Assembly: GCA_029269845.2 (NCBI GenBank)
Contig: CP149973.1
Location: 2,100,001-2,132,000, forward strand
Source: Opitutia bacterium KCR 482
Lineage (GTDB): Bacteria; Verrucomicrobiota; Verrucomicrobiia; Opitutales; Intestinicryptomonadaceae
DNA length: 32,000 nucleotides
Direction: 5' to 3'
In this document: piece by piece, positions 31,349 through 32,000 of the stretch
Layout: every line of letters begins with the position of its first letter
How positions within the stretch are numbered: the first letter of the stretch is position 1
Translations under genes and position numbers: made by a program
The notes under the pieces: generated by a model
The model's input: only the letters and a program-made list of their open reading frames with translations
Database searches by the model: none
Told to the model about the DNA's origin: nothing

Positions 31349-32000
31349 ACCGCCGGTCAACTTTTGGATAATTTGAATGATGGGGAGGAAGAGGGCGATA
31401 ACGATAGTACCTACGACGACCGCAAGGAAGACAATCATGATAGGTTCGATGACCGACGTTATGCCGCCGACGGCGTTGTCGACCTCTTCGTCGTAGTTGT
31501 CCGCAATGCGGTTGAGCATTTCGGAGAGCTGACCCGTTTCTTCGCCGACTTCGACCATGCTCGTCACCATCGTGGGAAAAATCTTCTGCTGGTCGAGGGG
31601 AGCGGCGAGGGGCTCGCCGTCGCGCACGCGGTCGTGAACGCGGACGAGGGCGTCGGAGATAACGCTGTTTTTGATTGTGCCGCGGGTAATGTTGAGCGCT
31701 TCGAGAATCGGGACGCCCGAAGCGAGCAGCGTGCCGAATGTGCGTGTGAAGCGGGCGACGGTCGATTTCATCACGAGGTCGCCGAATTTGGGGAGCTTCA
31801 AGCCCGCGATATCCCAGAGCCGCTGCCCGACTTTCGTTTTGAAGAAAATTTTGAACGCGGCAATCACGGCAACGACAATGCCGAGGGTGGCGATGTAGTT
31901 TTCCTTCATGAAGTCGGAAATGTTGATAATGCCCTGAGTGAGCGCGGGCATGGGCGCGCCGTTGAGCATGTCGGAGAAGATTTTCTGGAACTGCGGAACG
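31346..32000 (-). CDS. Type II secretion / type IV pilus platform protein F (GspF/PilC family), C-terminal part; the gene continues off the right edge
   Basis: The frame stays open to the window edge (…[21 protein letters not shown]…). [37 protein letters not shown] and a terminal TM helix are typical of the GspF repeat domain. Confidence 0.8.
   Translation of the reverse strand, partial: VPQFQKIFSDMLNGAPMPALTQGIINISDFMKENYIATLGIVVAVIAAFKIFFKTKVGQRLWDIAGLKLPKFGDLVMKSTVARFTRTFGTLLASGVPILEALNITRGTIKNSVISDALVRVHDRVRDGEPLAAPLDQQKIFPTMVTSMVEVGEETGQLSEMLNRIADNYDEEVDNAVGGITSVIEPIMIVFLAVVVGTIVIALFLPIIQIIQKLTGG

Noticed and set aside
1-32000. tRNA, rRNA and other standard RNA genes
   Set aside because: Scanning the intergenic regions by eye found no cloverleaf-compatible segment and no conserved T-loop (GGTTCGAATCC-like) in a non-coding context. 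The only gttcgaacc string (about 14582) lies inside the KSIII coding sequence.

Overview
High-GC bacterial window. All six frames carry long Arg/Ala-rich shadow ORFs, so calls rest on recognisable protein motifs, signal peptides and start/stop coupling. Left edge: the 5' end of a phosphofructokinase (-) and a DEDDy 3'-5' exonuclease (+). From 1.6 to 14.6 kb lies a compact fatty-acid/polyketide-like envelope-lipid cluster in three parts. (1) An 8-gene minus operon with four ATGA overlaps: GT2, MMPL-type exporter, LpxL-type acyltransferase, ACP, KS-CLF fusion, LolA-like protein, small secreted protein, second KS-CLF fusion. (2) A divergent plus operon: an ACP translationally coupled to a GcvT-family aminomethyltransferase-like protein, then a FabG-type ketoreductase. 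(3) A convergent KSIII whose start codon abuts the stop of a tyrosine recombinase. The cluster has the export/anchoring half of aryl-polyene-type clusters, but I see no dehydratase, thioesterase or starter-activating enzyme. The ACP-GcvT pair is the most novel-looking element. From 16 to 31 kb is a visibly lower-GC locus of secreted glycan-active proteins: a beta-helix lipoprotein, two PEP-CTERM beta-strand-repeat proteins with near-identical 3' ends, a CE15-like esterase, a WbsX-like+esterase fusion lipoprotein, an AraA-like isomerase with a signal peptide, an AraC regulator and a GH78-like six-hairpin enzyme. The right edge holds the 3' part of a T2SS/T4P platform protein F. Non-coding highlights are two tandem 129-nt long-hairpin elements with compensatory stem substitutions that begin inside the last codons of the AraC gene, a third related hairpin abutting the platform-protein stop, a 30-bp motif shared by two intergenic regions, and several clean intrinsic terminators. 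No rRNA, tRNA or CRISPR array was seen. PEP-CTERM anchors plus this gene content suggest a PVC-type or similar Gram-negative organism, but taxonomy cannot be established from the window.
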